Assembly (NCBI GenBank): GCA_964016885.1
Contig: OZ024758.1
Location: 38,378,001 to 38,442,000, forward strand
Length of the DNA: 64,000 nt
Direction of reading: 5' to 3'
Source: Eledone cirrhosa
Lineage: Eukaryota
The translations under genes were made by a program, and so were the position numbers. Below, one piece after another: positions 12,988 through 26,400 of the stretch. The notes beneath the pieces are model-generated. The model saw only the letters and a program-made list of their open reading frames with translations. It was not told the DNA's origin and ran no database searches. Each line of letters begins with the position of its first letter. Position 1 is the stretch's first letter.

Positions 12988-14476
12988 TCCACTGTTGGTG
13001 AGAATTCATTTAAGTTCATGGTATTAGCTGTCAGAAGTAACTCCACTGTTGGTGAGAAATCATTTAAGTCATGGTATTAGTTGTCAGAAGTAACTCCAAT
13101 GTTGGTGAGAATTCATTTAAGTTCATGGTATTAGCTGTCAGAAGTACCTCCACTGTTGGTGAGAATTCATTTAAGTTCATGGTATTAGCTGTCAGAAGTA
13201 ACTCCACTGTTGGTGAGAATTCATTTAAGTTCATGGTATTAGCTGTCAGAAGGAACTCCAATGTTGGTGAGAATTCATTTAAGTCATGGTACTAGCTGTC
13301 AGAAGTAACTCCACTGTTGGTGAGAATTCATTTAAGTTCGTGGTATTAGCTGTCAGAAGTAACTCCACTGTTGGTGAGAATTCATTTAAGTTCATGGTAT
13401 TAGTTTGTCAGAAGTAACTCCACTGTTGGTGAGAATTCATTTAATTCATGGTATTAGTTGTCAGAAGTAACTCCAATGTTGGTGAGAATTCATTTAAGTC
13501 ATGGTACTAGCTGTCAGAAGTAACTCCAATGTTGGTGAGAATTCATTTAAGTTCATGGTATTAGCTGTCAGAAGGAACTCCACTGTTGGTGAGAATTCAT
13601 TTAAGTTCATGGTATTAGCTGTCAGAAGTAACTCCACTGTTGGCGAGAATTCATTTAAGTTCATGGTACTAGCTGTCAGAAGTAACTCCAATGTTGGTGA
13701 GAATTCATTTAAGTTCATGGTATTAGCTGTCAGAAGTAACTCCACTGTTGGTGAGAATTCATTTAAGTCATGGTATTAGCTGTCAGAAGTAACTCCAATG
13801 TTGGTGAGAATTCATTTAAGTTCATGGTACTAGCTGTCAGAAGTAACTCCACTGTTGGTGAGAATTCATTTAAGTTCATGGTATTAGTTTGTCAGAAGTA
13901 ACTCCACTGTTGGTGAGAATTCATTTAAGTCATGGTATTAGTTGTCAGAAGTTTACTCCAATGTTGGTGAGAATTCATTTAAGTTCATGGTACTAGCTGT
14001 CAGAAGTAACTCCACTGTTGGTGAGAATTCATTTAAGTTCATGGTATTAGCTGTCAGAAGTAACTCCACTGTTGGTGAGAATTCATTTAATTCATGGTAT
14101 TAGCTGTCAGAAGTAACTCCAATGTTGGTGAGAATTCATTTAAGTCATGGTACTAGCTGTCAGAAGTAACTCCAATGTTGGTGAGAATTCAGTTAAGTTC
14201 ATGGTATTAGTTTGTCAGAAGTAACTCCACTGTTGGTGAGAATTCATTTAAGTCATGGTATTAGTTGTCAGAAGTTTACTCCAATGTTGGTGAGAATTCA
14301 TTTAAGTTCATGGTACTAGCTGTCAGAAGTAACTCCACTGTTGGTGAGAATTCATTTAAGTTCATGGTATTAGCTGTCAGAAGTAACTCCACTGTTGGTG
14401 AGAAATCATTTAAGTCATGGTATTAGTTGTCAGAAGTAACTCCAATGTTGGTGAGAATTCATTTAAGTTCATGGTA
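11754..14476 (+). repeat. Tandem duplication with 1346-bp (25-monomer) period
   Basis: ORF starts 12155/13501; gtacctcc variant at 11801/13147; same order of ttcgtgg, ggcgag and gtttact variants in both copies. Confidence 0.85.
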
Positions 14477-17400
14477 CTAGCTGTCAGAAGTAACTCCACT
14501 GTTGGTGAGAATTCATTTAAGTTCATGGTATTAGCTGTCACAAGTAACTCCACTGTTGGTGAGAATTCATTTAAGTCATGGTATTAGTTGTCAGAAGTAA
14601 CTCCAATGTTGGTGAGAATTCATTTAAGTTCATGGTACTAGCTGTCAGAAGTAACTCCACTGTTGGTGAGAATTCATTTAAGTTCATGGTATTAGCTGTC
14701 AGAAGTAACTCCACTGTTGGTGAGAATTCATTTAAGTCATGGTATTAGCTGTCAGAAGTAACTCCAATGTTGGTGAGAATTCATTTAAGTCTTGGTACTA
14801 GCTGTCAGAAGTAACTCCAATGTTGGTGAGAATTCAGTTAAGTTCATGGTATTAGCTGTCAGAAGGAACTCCACTGTTGGTGAGAATTCATTTAAGTTCA
14901 TGGTATTAGCTGTCAGAAGTAACTCCACTGTTGGTGAGAATTCATTTAAGTTCATGGTACTAGCTGTCAGAAGTAACTCCACTGTTGGTGAGAATTCATT
15001 TAAGTTCATGGTACTAGCCGTCAGAAGTAACTCCACTGTTGGTGAGAATTCAGTTAAGTTCATGGTATTAGTTGTCAGAAGTAACTCCACTGTTGGTGAG
15101 AATTCATTTAAATCATGGTATTAGTTGTCAGAAGTAACTCCAATGTTGGTGAGAATTCATTTAAGTTCATGGTACTAGCTGTCAGAAGTAACTCCACTGT
15201 TGGTGAGAATTCATTTAAGTTCATGGTATTAGCTGTCAGAAGTAACTCCACTGTTGGTGAGAATTCATTTAAGTCATGGTATTAGCTGTCAGAAGTAACT
15301 CCATTGTTGGTGAGAATTCATTTAAGTCATGGTACTAGCTGTCAGAAGTAACTCCACTGTTGGTGAGAATTCATTTAAGTTCATGGTATTAGCTGTCAGA
15401 AGGAACTCCACTGTTGGTAAGAATTCATTTAAGTTCATGGTATTAGCTGTCAGAAGTAACTCCACTGTTGGTGAGAATTCATTTAATTCATGGTACTAGC
15501 TGTCAGAAGTAACTCCACTGTTGGTGAGAATTCATTTAAGTTCATGGTACTAGCTGTCAGAAGTAACCCCAATGTTGGTGAGAATTCATTTAAGTTCATG
15601 GTATTAGCTGTCAGAAGTCACTCCAATGTTGGTGAGAATTCATTTAAGTTCATGGTATTAGCTGTGAGAAGTCACTCCACTGTTGGTGAGAATTCATTTA
15701 AGTTCATGGTATTAGCTGTCAGAAGTACCTCCACTGTTGGTGAGAATTCATTTAAGTTCATGGTATTAGCTGTCAGAAGTAACTCCACTGTTGGTGAGAA
15801 TTCATTTAAGTTCATGGTATTAGCTGTCAGAAGTAACTCCACTGTTGGTGAGAATTCATTTAAGTTCATGGTACTAGCTGTCAGAAGTAACTCCACTGTT
15901 GGTGAGAATTGATTTAAGTTCATGGTACTAGCTGTCAGAAGTAACTCCACTGTTGGTGAGAATTCATTTAAGTTCATGGTACTAGCTGTCAGAAGTAACC
16001 CCAATGTTGGTGAGAATTCATTTAAGTTCATGGTATTAGCTGTCAGAAGTCACTCCAATGTTGGTGAGAATTCATTTAAGTTCATGGTATTAGCTGTGAG
16101 AAGTCACTCCACTGTTGGTGAGAATTCATTTAAGTTCATGGTATTAGCTGTCAGAAGTACCTCCACTGTTGGTGAGAATTCATTTAAGTTCATGGTATTA
16201 GCTGTCAGAAGTAACTCCACTGTTGGTGAGAATTCATTTAAGTTCATGGTATTAGCTGTCAGAAGGAACTCCAATGTTGGTGAGAATTCATTTAAGTCAT
16301 GGTACTAGCTGTCAGAAGTAACTCCACTGTTGGTGAGAATTCATTTAAGTTCGTGGTATTAGCTGTCAGAAGTAACTCCACTGTTGGTGAGAATTCATTT
16401 AAGTTCATGGTATTAGTTGTCAGAAGTAACTCCAATGTTGGTGAGAATTCATTTAAGTCATGGTACTAGCTGTCAGAAGTAACTCCAATGTTGGTGAGAA
16501 TTCATTTAAGTTCATGGTATTAGCTGTCAGAAGGAACTCCACTGTTGGTGAGAATTCATTTAAGTTCATGGTATTAGCTGTCAGAAGTAACTCCACTGTT
16601 GGCGAGAATTCATTTAAGTTCATGGTACTAGCTGTCAGAAGTAACTCCAATGTTGGTGAGAATTCATTTAAGTTCATGGTATTAGCTGTCAGAAGTAACT
16701 CCACTGTTGGTGAGAATTCATTTAAGTCATGGTATTAGCTGTCAGAAGTAACTCCAATGTTGGTGAGAATTCATTTAAGTTCATGGTACTAGCTGTCAGA
16801 AGTAACTCCACTGTTGGTGAGAATTCATTTAAGTTCATGGTATTAGTTTGTCAGAAGTAACTCCACTGTTGGTGAGAATTCATTTAAGTCATGGTATTAG
16901 TTGTCAGAAGTTTACTCCAAAGTTGGTGAGAATTCATTTAAGTTCATGGTACTAGCTGTCAGAAGTAACTCCACTGTTGGTGAGAATTCATTTAAGTTCA
17001 TGGTATTAGCTGTCAGAAGTAACTCCACTGTTGGTGAGAATTCATTTAAGTCATGGTATTAGCTGTCAGAAGTAACTCCAATGTTGGTGAGAATTCATTT
17101 AAGTCATGGTACTAGCTGTCAGAAGTAACTCCAATGTTGGTGAGAATTCAGTTAAGTTCATGGTATTAGCTGTCAAAAGGAACTCCACTGTTGGTGAGAA
17201 TTCATTTAAGTTCATGGTATTAGCTGTCAGAAGTAACTCCACTGTTGGTGAGAATTCATTTAAGTTCATGGTATTAGTTGTCAGAAGTAACTCCACTGTT
17301 GGTGAGAATTCATTTAAATCATGGTATTAGTTGTCAGAAGTAACTCCAATGTTGGTGAGAATTCATTTAATTTCATGGTACTAGCTGTCAGAAGTAACTC

Positions 17401-20400
17401 CACTGTTGGTGAGAATTCATTTAAGTCATGGTATTAGTTGTCAGAAGTAACTCCAATGTTGGTGAGAATTCATTTAAGTTCATGGTACTAGCTGTCAGAA
17501 GTAACTCCACTGTTGGTGAGAATTCATTTAAGTTCATGGTATTAGCTGTCAGAAGTAACTCCACTGTTGGTGAGAATTCATTTAAGTCATGGTATTAGTT
17601 GTCAGAAGTAACTCCAATGTTGGTGAGAATTCATTTAAGTTCATGGTACTAGCTGTCAGAAGTAACTCCACTGTTGGTGAGAATTCATTTAAGTTCATGG
17701 TATTAGCTGTCAGAAGTAACTCCACTGTTGGTGAGAATTCATTTAAGTTCATGGTATTAGCTGTCAGAAGTAACTCCACTGTTGGTGAGAATTCATTTAA
17801 GTTCATGGTATTAGCTGTCAGAAGTAACTCCACTGTTGGTGAGAATTCATTTAAGTTCATGGTATTAGCTGTCAGAAGGAACTCCAATGTTGGTGAGAAT
17901 TCATTTAAGTCATGGTACTAGCTGTCAGAAGTAACTCCACTGTTGGTGAGAATTCATTTAAGTTCATGGTATTAGCTGTCAGAAGTAACTCCACTGTTGG
18001 TGAGAATTCATTTAAGTTCATGGTATTAGCTGTCAGAAGGAACTCCACTGTTGGTGAGAATTCATTTAAGTTCATGGTATTAGCTGTCAGAAGGAACTCC
18101 ACTGTTGGTGAGAATTCATTTAAGTTCATGGTATTAGCTGTCAGAAGTAACTCCACTGTTGGTGAGAATTCATTTAAGTTCATGGTACTAGCTGTCAGAA
18201 GTAACTCCACTGTTGGTGAGAATTCAGTTAAGTTCATGGTATTAGTTGTCAGAAGTAACTCCACTGTTGGTGAGAATTCATTTAAATCATGGTATTAGTT
18301 GTCAGAAGTAACTCCAATGTTGGTGAGAATTCATTTAATTTCATGGTACTAGCTGTCAGAAGTAACTCCACTGTTGGTGAGAAATCATTTAAGTCATGGT
18401 ATTAGTTGTCAGAAGTAACTCCAATGTTGGTGAGAATTCATTTAAGTTCATGGTACTAGCTGTCAGAAGTAACTCCACTGTTGGTGAGAATTCATTTAAG
18501 TTCATGGTATTAGCTGTCAGAAGTAACTCCACTGTTGGTGAGAATTCATTTAAGTCATGGTATTAGTTGTCAGAAGTAACTCCAATGTTGGTGAGAATTC
18601 ATTTAAGTTCATGGTACTAGCTGTCAGAAGTAACTCCACTGTTGGTGAGAATTCATTTAAGTTCATGGTATTAGTTTGTCAGAAGTAACTCCACTGTTGG
18701 TGAGAATTCATTTAAGTCATGGTATTAGTTGTCAGAAGTTTACTCCAATGTTGGTGAGAATTCATTTAAGTTCATGGTACTAGCTGTCAGAAGTAACTCC
18801 ACTGTTGGTGAGAATTCATTTAAGTTCATGGTATTAGCTGTCAGAAGTAACTCCACTGTTGGTGAGAATTCATTTAATTCATGGTATTAGCTGTCAGAAG
18901 TAACTCCAATGTTGGTGAGAATTCATTTAAGTCATGGTACTAGCTGTCAGAAGTAACTCCAATGTTGGTGAGAATTCAGTTAAGTTCATGGTATTAGTTT
19001 GTCAGAAGTAACTCCACTGTTGGTGAGAATTCATTTAAGTCATGGTATTAGTTGTCAGAAGTTTACTCCAATGTTGGTGAGAATTCATTTAAGTTCATGG
19101 TACTAGCTGTCAGAAGTAACTCCACTGTTGGTGAGAATTCATTTAAGTTCATGGTATTAGCTGTCAGAAGTAACTCCACTGTTGGTGAGAAATCATTTAA
19201 GTCATGGTATTAGTTGTCAGAAGTAACTCCAATGTTGGTGAGAATTCATTTAAGTTCATGGTACTAGCTGTCAGAAGTAACTCCACTGTTGGTGAGAATT
19301 CATTTAAGTTCATGGTATTAGCTGTCACAAGTAACTCCACTGTTGGTGAGAATTCATTTAAGTCATGGTATTAGTTGTCAGAAGTAACTCCAATGTTGGT
19401 GAGAATTCATTTAAGTTCATGGTACTAGCTGTCAGAAGTAACTCCACTGTTGGTGAGAATTCATTTAAGTTCATGGTATTAGCTGTCAGAAGTAACTCCA
19501 CTGTTGGTGAGAATTCATTTAAGTCATGGTATTAGCTGTCAGAAGTAACTCCAATGTTGGTGAGAATTCATTTAAGTCTTGGTACTAGCTGTCAGAAGTA
19601 ACTCCAATGTTGGTGAGAATTCAGTTAAGTTCATGGTATTAGCTGTCAGAAGGAACTCCACTGTTGGTGAGAATTCATTTAAGTTCATGGTATTAGCTGT
19701 CAGAAGTAACTCCACTGTTGGTGAGAATTCATTTAAGTTCATGGTACTAGCTGTCAGAAGTAACTCCACTGTTGGTGAGAATTCATTTAAGTTCATGGTA
19801 CTAGCCGTCAGAAGTAACTCCACTGTTGGTGAGAATTCAGTTAAGTTCATGGTATTAGTTGTCAGAAGTAACTCCACTGTTGGTGAGAATTCATTTAAAT
19901 CATGGTATTAGTTGTCAGAAGTAACTCCAATGTTGGTGAGAATTCATTTAAGTTCATGGTACTAGCTGTCAGAAGTAACTCCACTGTTGGTGAGAATTCA
20001 TTTAAGTTCATGGTATTAGCTGTCAGAAGTAACTCCACTGTTGGTGAGAATTCATTTAAGTCATGGTATTAGCTGTCAGAAGTAACTCCATTGTTGGTGA
20101 GAATTCATTTAAGTCATGGTACTAGCTGTCAGAAGTAACTCCACTGTTGGTGAGAATTCATTTAAGTTCATGGTATTAGCTGTCAGAAGGAACTCCACTG
20201 TTGGTAAGAATTCATTTAAGTTCATGGTATTAGCTGTCAGAAGTAACTCCACTGTTGGTGAGAATTCATTTAATTCATGGTACTAGCTGTCAGAAGTAAC
20301 TCCACTGTTGGTGAGAATTCATTTAAGTTCATGGTACTAGCTGTCAGAAGTAACCCCAATGTTGGTGAGAATTCATTTAAGTTCATGGTATTAGCTGTCA

Positions 20401-23400
20401 GAAGTCACTCCAATGTTGGTGAGAATTCATTTAAGTTCATGGTATTAGCTGTGAGAAGTCACTCCACTGTTGGTGAGAATTCATTTAAGTTCATGGTATT
20501 AGCTGTCAGAAGTACCTCCACTGTTGGTGAGAATTCATTTAAGTTCATGGTATTAGCTGTCAGAAGTAACTCCACTGTTGGTGAGAATTCATTTAAGTTC
20601 ATGGTATTAGCTGTCAGAAGTAACTCCACTGTTGGTGAGAATTCATTTAAGTTCATGGTACTAGCTGTCAGAAGTAACTCCACTGTTGGTGAGAATTGAT
20701 TTAAGTTCATGGTACTAGCTGTCAGAAGTAACTCCACTGTTGGTGAGAATTCATTTAAGTTCATGGTACTAGCTGTCAGAAGTAACCCCAATGTTGGTGA
20801 GAATTCATTTAAGTTCATGGTATTAGCTGTCAGAAGTCACTCCAATGTTGGTGAGAATTCATTTAAGTTCATGGTATTAGCTGTGAGAAGTCACTCCACT
20901 GTTGGTGAGAATTCATTTAAGTTCATGGTATTAGCTGTCAGAAGTACCTCCACTGTTGGTGAGAATTCATTTAAGTTCATGGTATTAGCTGTCAGAAGTA
21001 ACTCCACTGTTGGTGAGAATTCATTTAAGTTCATGGTATTAGCTGTCAGAAGGAACTCCAATGTTGGTGAGAATTCATTTAAGTCATGGTACTAGCTGTC
21101 AGAAGTAACTCCACTGTTGGTGAGAATTCATTTAAGTTCGTGGTATTAGCTGTCAGAAGTAACTCCACTGTTGGTGAGAATTCATTTAAGTTCATGGTAT
21201 TAGTTGTCAGAAGTAACTCCAATGTTGGTGAGAATTCATTTAAGTCATGGTACTAGCTGTCAGAAGTAACTCCAATGTTGGTGAGAATTCATTTAAGTTC
21301 ATGGTATTAGCTGTCAGAAGGAACTCCACTGTTGGTGAGAATTCATTTAAGTTCATGGTATTAGCTGTCAGAAGTAACTCCACTGTTGGCGAGAATTCAT
21401 TTAAGTTCATGGTACTAGCTGTCAGAAGTAACTCCAATGTTGGTGAGAATTCATTTAAGTTCATGGTATTAGCTGTCAGAAGTAACTCCACTGTTGGTGA
21501 GAATTCATTTAAGTCATGGTATTAGCTGTCAGAAGTAACTCCAATGTTGGTGAGAATTCATTTAAGTTCATGGTACTAGCTGTCAGAAGTAACTCCACTG
21601 TTGGTGAGAATTCATTTAAGTTCATGGTATTAGTTTGTCAGAAGTAACTCCACTGTTGGTGAGAATTCATTTAAGTCATGGTATTAGTTGTCAGAAGTTT
21701 ACTCCAAAGTTGGTGAGAATTCATTTAAGTTCATGGTACTAGCTGTCAGAAGTAACTCCACTGTTGGTGAGAATTCATTTAAGTTCATGGTATTAGCTGT
21801 CAGAAGTAACTCCACTGTTGGTGAGAATTCATTTAAGTCATGGTATTAGCTGTCAGAAGTAACTCCAATGTTGGTGAGAATTCATTTAAGTCATGGTACT
21901 AGCTGTCAGAAGTAACTCCAATGTTGGTGAGAATTCAGTTAAGTTCATGGTATTAGCTGTCAAAAGGAACTCCACTGTTGGTGAGAATTCATTTAAGTTC
22001 ATGGTATTAGCTGTCAGAAGTAACTCCACTGTTGGTGAGAATTCATTTAAGTTCATGGTATTAGTTGTCAGAAGTAACTCCACTGTTGGTGAGAATTCAT
22101 TTAAATCATGGTATTAGTTGTCAGAAGTAACTCCAATGTTGGTGAGAATTCATTTAATTTCATGGTACTAGCTGTCAGAAGTAACTCCACTGTTGGTGAG
22201 AATTCATTTAAGTCATGGTATTAGTTGTCAGAAGTAACTCCAATGTTGGTGAGAATTCATTTAAGTTCATGGTACTAGCTGTCAGAAGTAACTCCACTGT
22301 TGGTGAGAATTCATTTAAGTTCATGGTATTAGCTGTCAGAAGTAACTCCACTGTTGGTGAGAATTCATTTAAGTCATGGTATTAGTTGTCAGAAGTAACT
22401 CCAATGTTGGTGAGAATTCATTTAAGTTCATGGTACTAGCTGTCAGAAGTAACTCCACTGTTGGTGAGAATTCATTTAAGTTCATGGTATTAGCTGTCAG
22501 AAGTAACTCCACTGTTGGTGAGAATTCATTTAAGTTCATGGTATTAGCTGTCAGAAGTAACTCCACTGTTGGTGAGAATTCATTTAAGTTCATGGTATTA
22601 GCTGTCAGAAGTAACTCCACTGTTGGTGAGAATTCATTTAAGTTCATGGTATTAGCTGTCAGAAGGAACTCCAATGTTGGTGAGAATTCATTTAAGTCAT
22701 GGTACTAGCTGTCAGAAGTAACTCCACTGTTGGTGAGAATTCATTTAAGTTCATGGTATTAGCTGTCAGAAGTAACTCCACTGTTGGTGAGAATTCATTT
22801 AAGTTCATGGTATTAGCTGTCAGAAGGAACTCCACTGTTGGTGAGAATTCATTTAAGTTCATGGTATTAGCTGTCAGAAGGAACTCCACTGTTGGTGAGA
22901 ATTCATTTAAGTTCATGGTATTAGCTGTCAGAAGTAACTCCACTGTTGGTGAGAATTCATTTAAGTTCATGGTACTAGCTGTCAGAAGTAACTCCACTGT
23001 TGGTGAGAATTCAGTTAAGTTCATGGTATTAGTTGTCAGAAGTAACTCCACTGTTGGTGAGAATTCATTTAAATCATGGTATTAGTTGTCAGAAGTAACT
23101 CCAATGTTGGTGAGAATTCATTTAATTTCATGGTACTAGCTGTCAGAAGTAACTCCACTGTTGGTGAGAAATCATTTAAGTCATGGTATTAGTTGTCAGA
23201 AGTAACTCCAATGTTGGTGAGAATTCATTTAAGTTCATGGTACTAGCTGTCAGAAGTAACTCCACTGTTGGTGAGAATTCATTTAAGTTCATGGTATTAG
23301 CTGTCAGAAGTAACTCCACTGTTGGTGAGAATTCATTTAAGTCATGGTATTAGTTGTCAGAAGTAACTCCAATGTTGGTGAGAATTCATTTAAGTTCATG

Positions 23401-23460
23401 GTACTAGCTGTCAGAAGTAACTCCACTGTTGGTGAGAATTCATTTAAGTTCATGGTATTA
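13782..23460 (+). repeat. Near-perfect tandem duplication with 4787-bp (89-monomer) period
   Basis: Seven + strand ORF pairs are offset by exactly 4787 (14792/19579 through 17912/22699). Variants ctccaaagtt (~16921/21708) and gtcaaaagg (~17176/21963) were seen only in these two copies. Confidence 0.92.
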
Positions 23461-26400
23461 GCTGTCAGAAGTAACTCCACTGTTGGTGAGAATTCATTTA
23501 AGTTCATGGTACTAGCTGTCAGAAGTAACTCCACTGTTGGTGAGAATTCATTTAAGTTCATGGTACTAGCTGTCAGAAGTAACTCCACTGTTGGTGAGAA
23601 TTCAGTTAAGTTCATGGTATTAGTTGTCAGAAGTAACTCCACTGTTGGTGAGAATTCATTTAAATCATGGTATTAGTTGTCAGAAGTAACTCCAATGTTG
23701 GTGAGAATTCATTTAATTTCATGGTACTAGCTGTCAGAAGTAACTCCACTGTTGGTGAGAATTCATTTAAGTTCATGGTATTAGCTGTCAGAAGTAACTC
23801 CACTGTTGGTGAGAATTCATTTAAGTTCATGGTACTAGCTGTCAGAAGTAACTCCAATGTTGGTGAGAATTCATTTAAGTTCATGGTATTAGCTGTCAGA
23901 AGTAACTCCACTGTTGGTGAGAATTCATTTAAGTCATGGTATTAGCTGTCAGAAGTAACTCCAATGTTGGTGAGAATTCATTTAAGTTCATGGTATTAGC
24001 TGTCAGAAGTAACTCCACTGTTGGTGAGAATTCATTTAAGTTCACGGTACTAGCTGTCAGAAGTAACTCCACTGTTGGTGAGAATTCATTTAAGTTCATG
24101 GTATTAGTTTGTCAGAAGTAACTCCACTGTTGGTGAGAATTCATTTAAGTCATGGTATTAGTTGTCAGAAGTTTACTCCAATGTTGGTGAGAATTCATTT
24201 AAGTTCATGGTACTAGCTGTCAGAAGTAACTCCACTGTTGGTGAGAATTCATTTAAGTTCATGGTATTAGCTGTCAGAAGTAACTCCACTGTTGGTGAGA
24301 ATTCATTTAAGTCATGGTATTAGCTGTCAGAAGTAACTCCAATGTTGGTGAGAATTCATTTAAGTCATGGTACTAGCTGTCAGAAGTAACTCCAATGTTG
24401 GTGAGAATTCAGTTAAGTTCATGGTATTAGCTGTCAGAAGGAACTCCACTGTTGGTGAGAATTCATTTAAGTTCATGGTATTAGCTGTCAGAAGTAACTC
24501 CACTGTTGGTGAGAATTCATTTAAGTTCATGGTACTAGCTGTCAGAAGTAACTCCACTGTTGGTGAAAATTCATTTAAGTTCATGGTACTAGCTGTCAGA
24601 AGTAACTCCACTGTTGGTGAGAATTCAGTTAAGTTCATGGTATTAGTTGTCAGAAGTAACTCCACTGTTGGTGAGAATTCATTTAAATCATGGTATTAGT
24701 TGTCAGAAGTAACTCCAATGTTGGTGAGAATTCATTTAATTTCATGGTACTAGCTGTCAGAAGTAACTCCACTGTTGGTGAGAAATCATTTAAGTCATGG
24801 TATTAGTTGTCAGAAGTAACTCCAATGTTGGTAAGAATTCATTTAAGTTCATGGTACTAGCTGTCAGAAGTAACTCCACTGTTGGTGAGAATTCATTTAA
24901 GTTCATGGTATTAGCTGTCAGAAGTAACTCCACTGTTGGTGAGAATTCATTTAAGTCATGGTATTAGTTGTCAGAAGTAACTCCAATGTTGGTGAGAATT
25001 CATTTAAGTTCATGGTACTAGCTGTCAGAAGTAACTCCACTGTTGGTGAGAATTCATTTAAGTTCATGGTATTAGCTGTCAGAAGTAACTCCACTGTTGG
25101 TGAGAATTCATTTAAGTTCATGGTACTAGCTGTCAGAAGTAACTCCACTGTTGGTGAGAATTCATTTAAGTTCATGGTACTAGCTGTCAGAAGTAACTCC
25201 ACTGTTGGTGAGAATTCAGTTAAGTTCATGGTATTAGTTGTCAGAAGTAACTCCACTGTTGGTGAGAATTCATTTAAATCATGGTATTAGTTGTCAGAAG
25301 TAACTCCAATGTTGGTGAGAATTCATTTAATTTCATGGTACTAGCTGTCAGAAGTAACTCCACTGTTGGTGAGAATTCATTTAAGTTCATGGTATTAGCT
25401 GTCAGAAGTAACTCCACTGTTGGTGAGAATTCATTTAAGTTCATGGTACTAGCTGTCAGAAGTAACTCCAATGTTGGTGAGAATTCATTTAAGTTCATGG
25501 TATTAGCTGTCAGAAGTAACTCCACTGTTGGTGAGAATTCATTTAAGTCATGGTATTAGCTGTCAGAAGTAACTCCAATGTTGGTGAGAATTCATTTAAG
25601 TTCATGGTATTAGCTGTCAGAAGTAACTCCACTGTTGGTGAGAATTCATTTAAGTTCACGGTACTAGCTGTCAGAAGTAACTCCACTGTTGGTGAGAATT
25701 CATTTAAGTTCATGGTATTAGTTTGTCAGAAGTAACTCCACTGTTGGTGAGAATTCATTTAAGTCATGGTATTAGTTGTCAGAAGTTTACTCCAATGTTG
25801 GTGAGAATTCATTTAAGTTCATGGTACTAGCTGTCAGAAGTAACTCCACTGTTGGTGAGAATTCATTTAAGTTCATGGTATTAGCTGTCAGAAGTAACTC
25901 CACTGTTGGTGAGAATTCATTTAAGTCATGGTATTAGCTGTCAGAAGTAACTCCAATGTTGGTGAGAATTCATTTAAGTCATGGTACTAGCTGTCAGAAG
26001 TAACTCCAATGTTGGTGAGAATTCAGTTAAGTTCATGGTATTAGCTGTCAGAAGGAACTCCACTGTTGGTGAGAATTCATTTAAGTTCATGGTATTAGCT
26101 GTCAGAAGTAACTCCACTGTTGGTGAGAATTCATTTAAGTTCATGGTACTAGCTGTCAGAAGTAACTCCACTGTTGGTGAGAATTCATTTAAGTTCATGG
26201 TACTAGCTGTCAGAAGTAACTCCACTGTTGGTGAGAATTCAGTTAAGTTCATGGTATTAGTTGTCAGAAGTAACTCCACTGTTGGTGAGAATTCATTTAA
26301 ATCATGGTATTAGTTGTCAGAAGTAACTCCAATGTTGGTGAGAATTCATTTAATTTCATGGTACTAGCTGTCAGAAGTAACTCCACTGTTGGTGAGAAAT

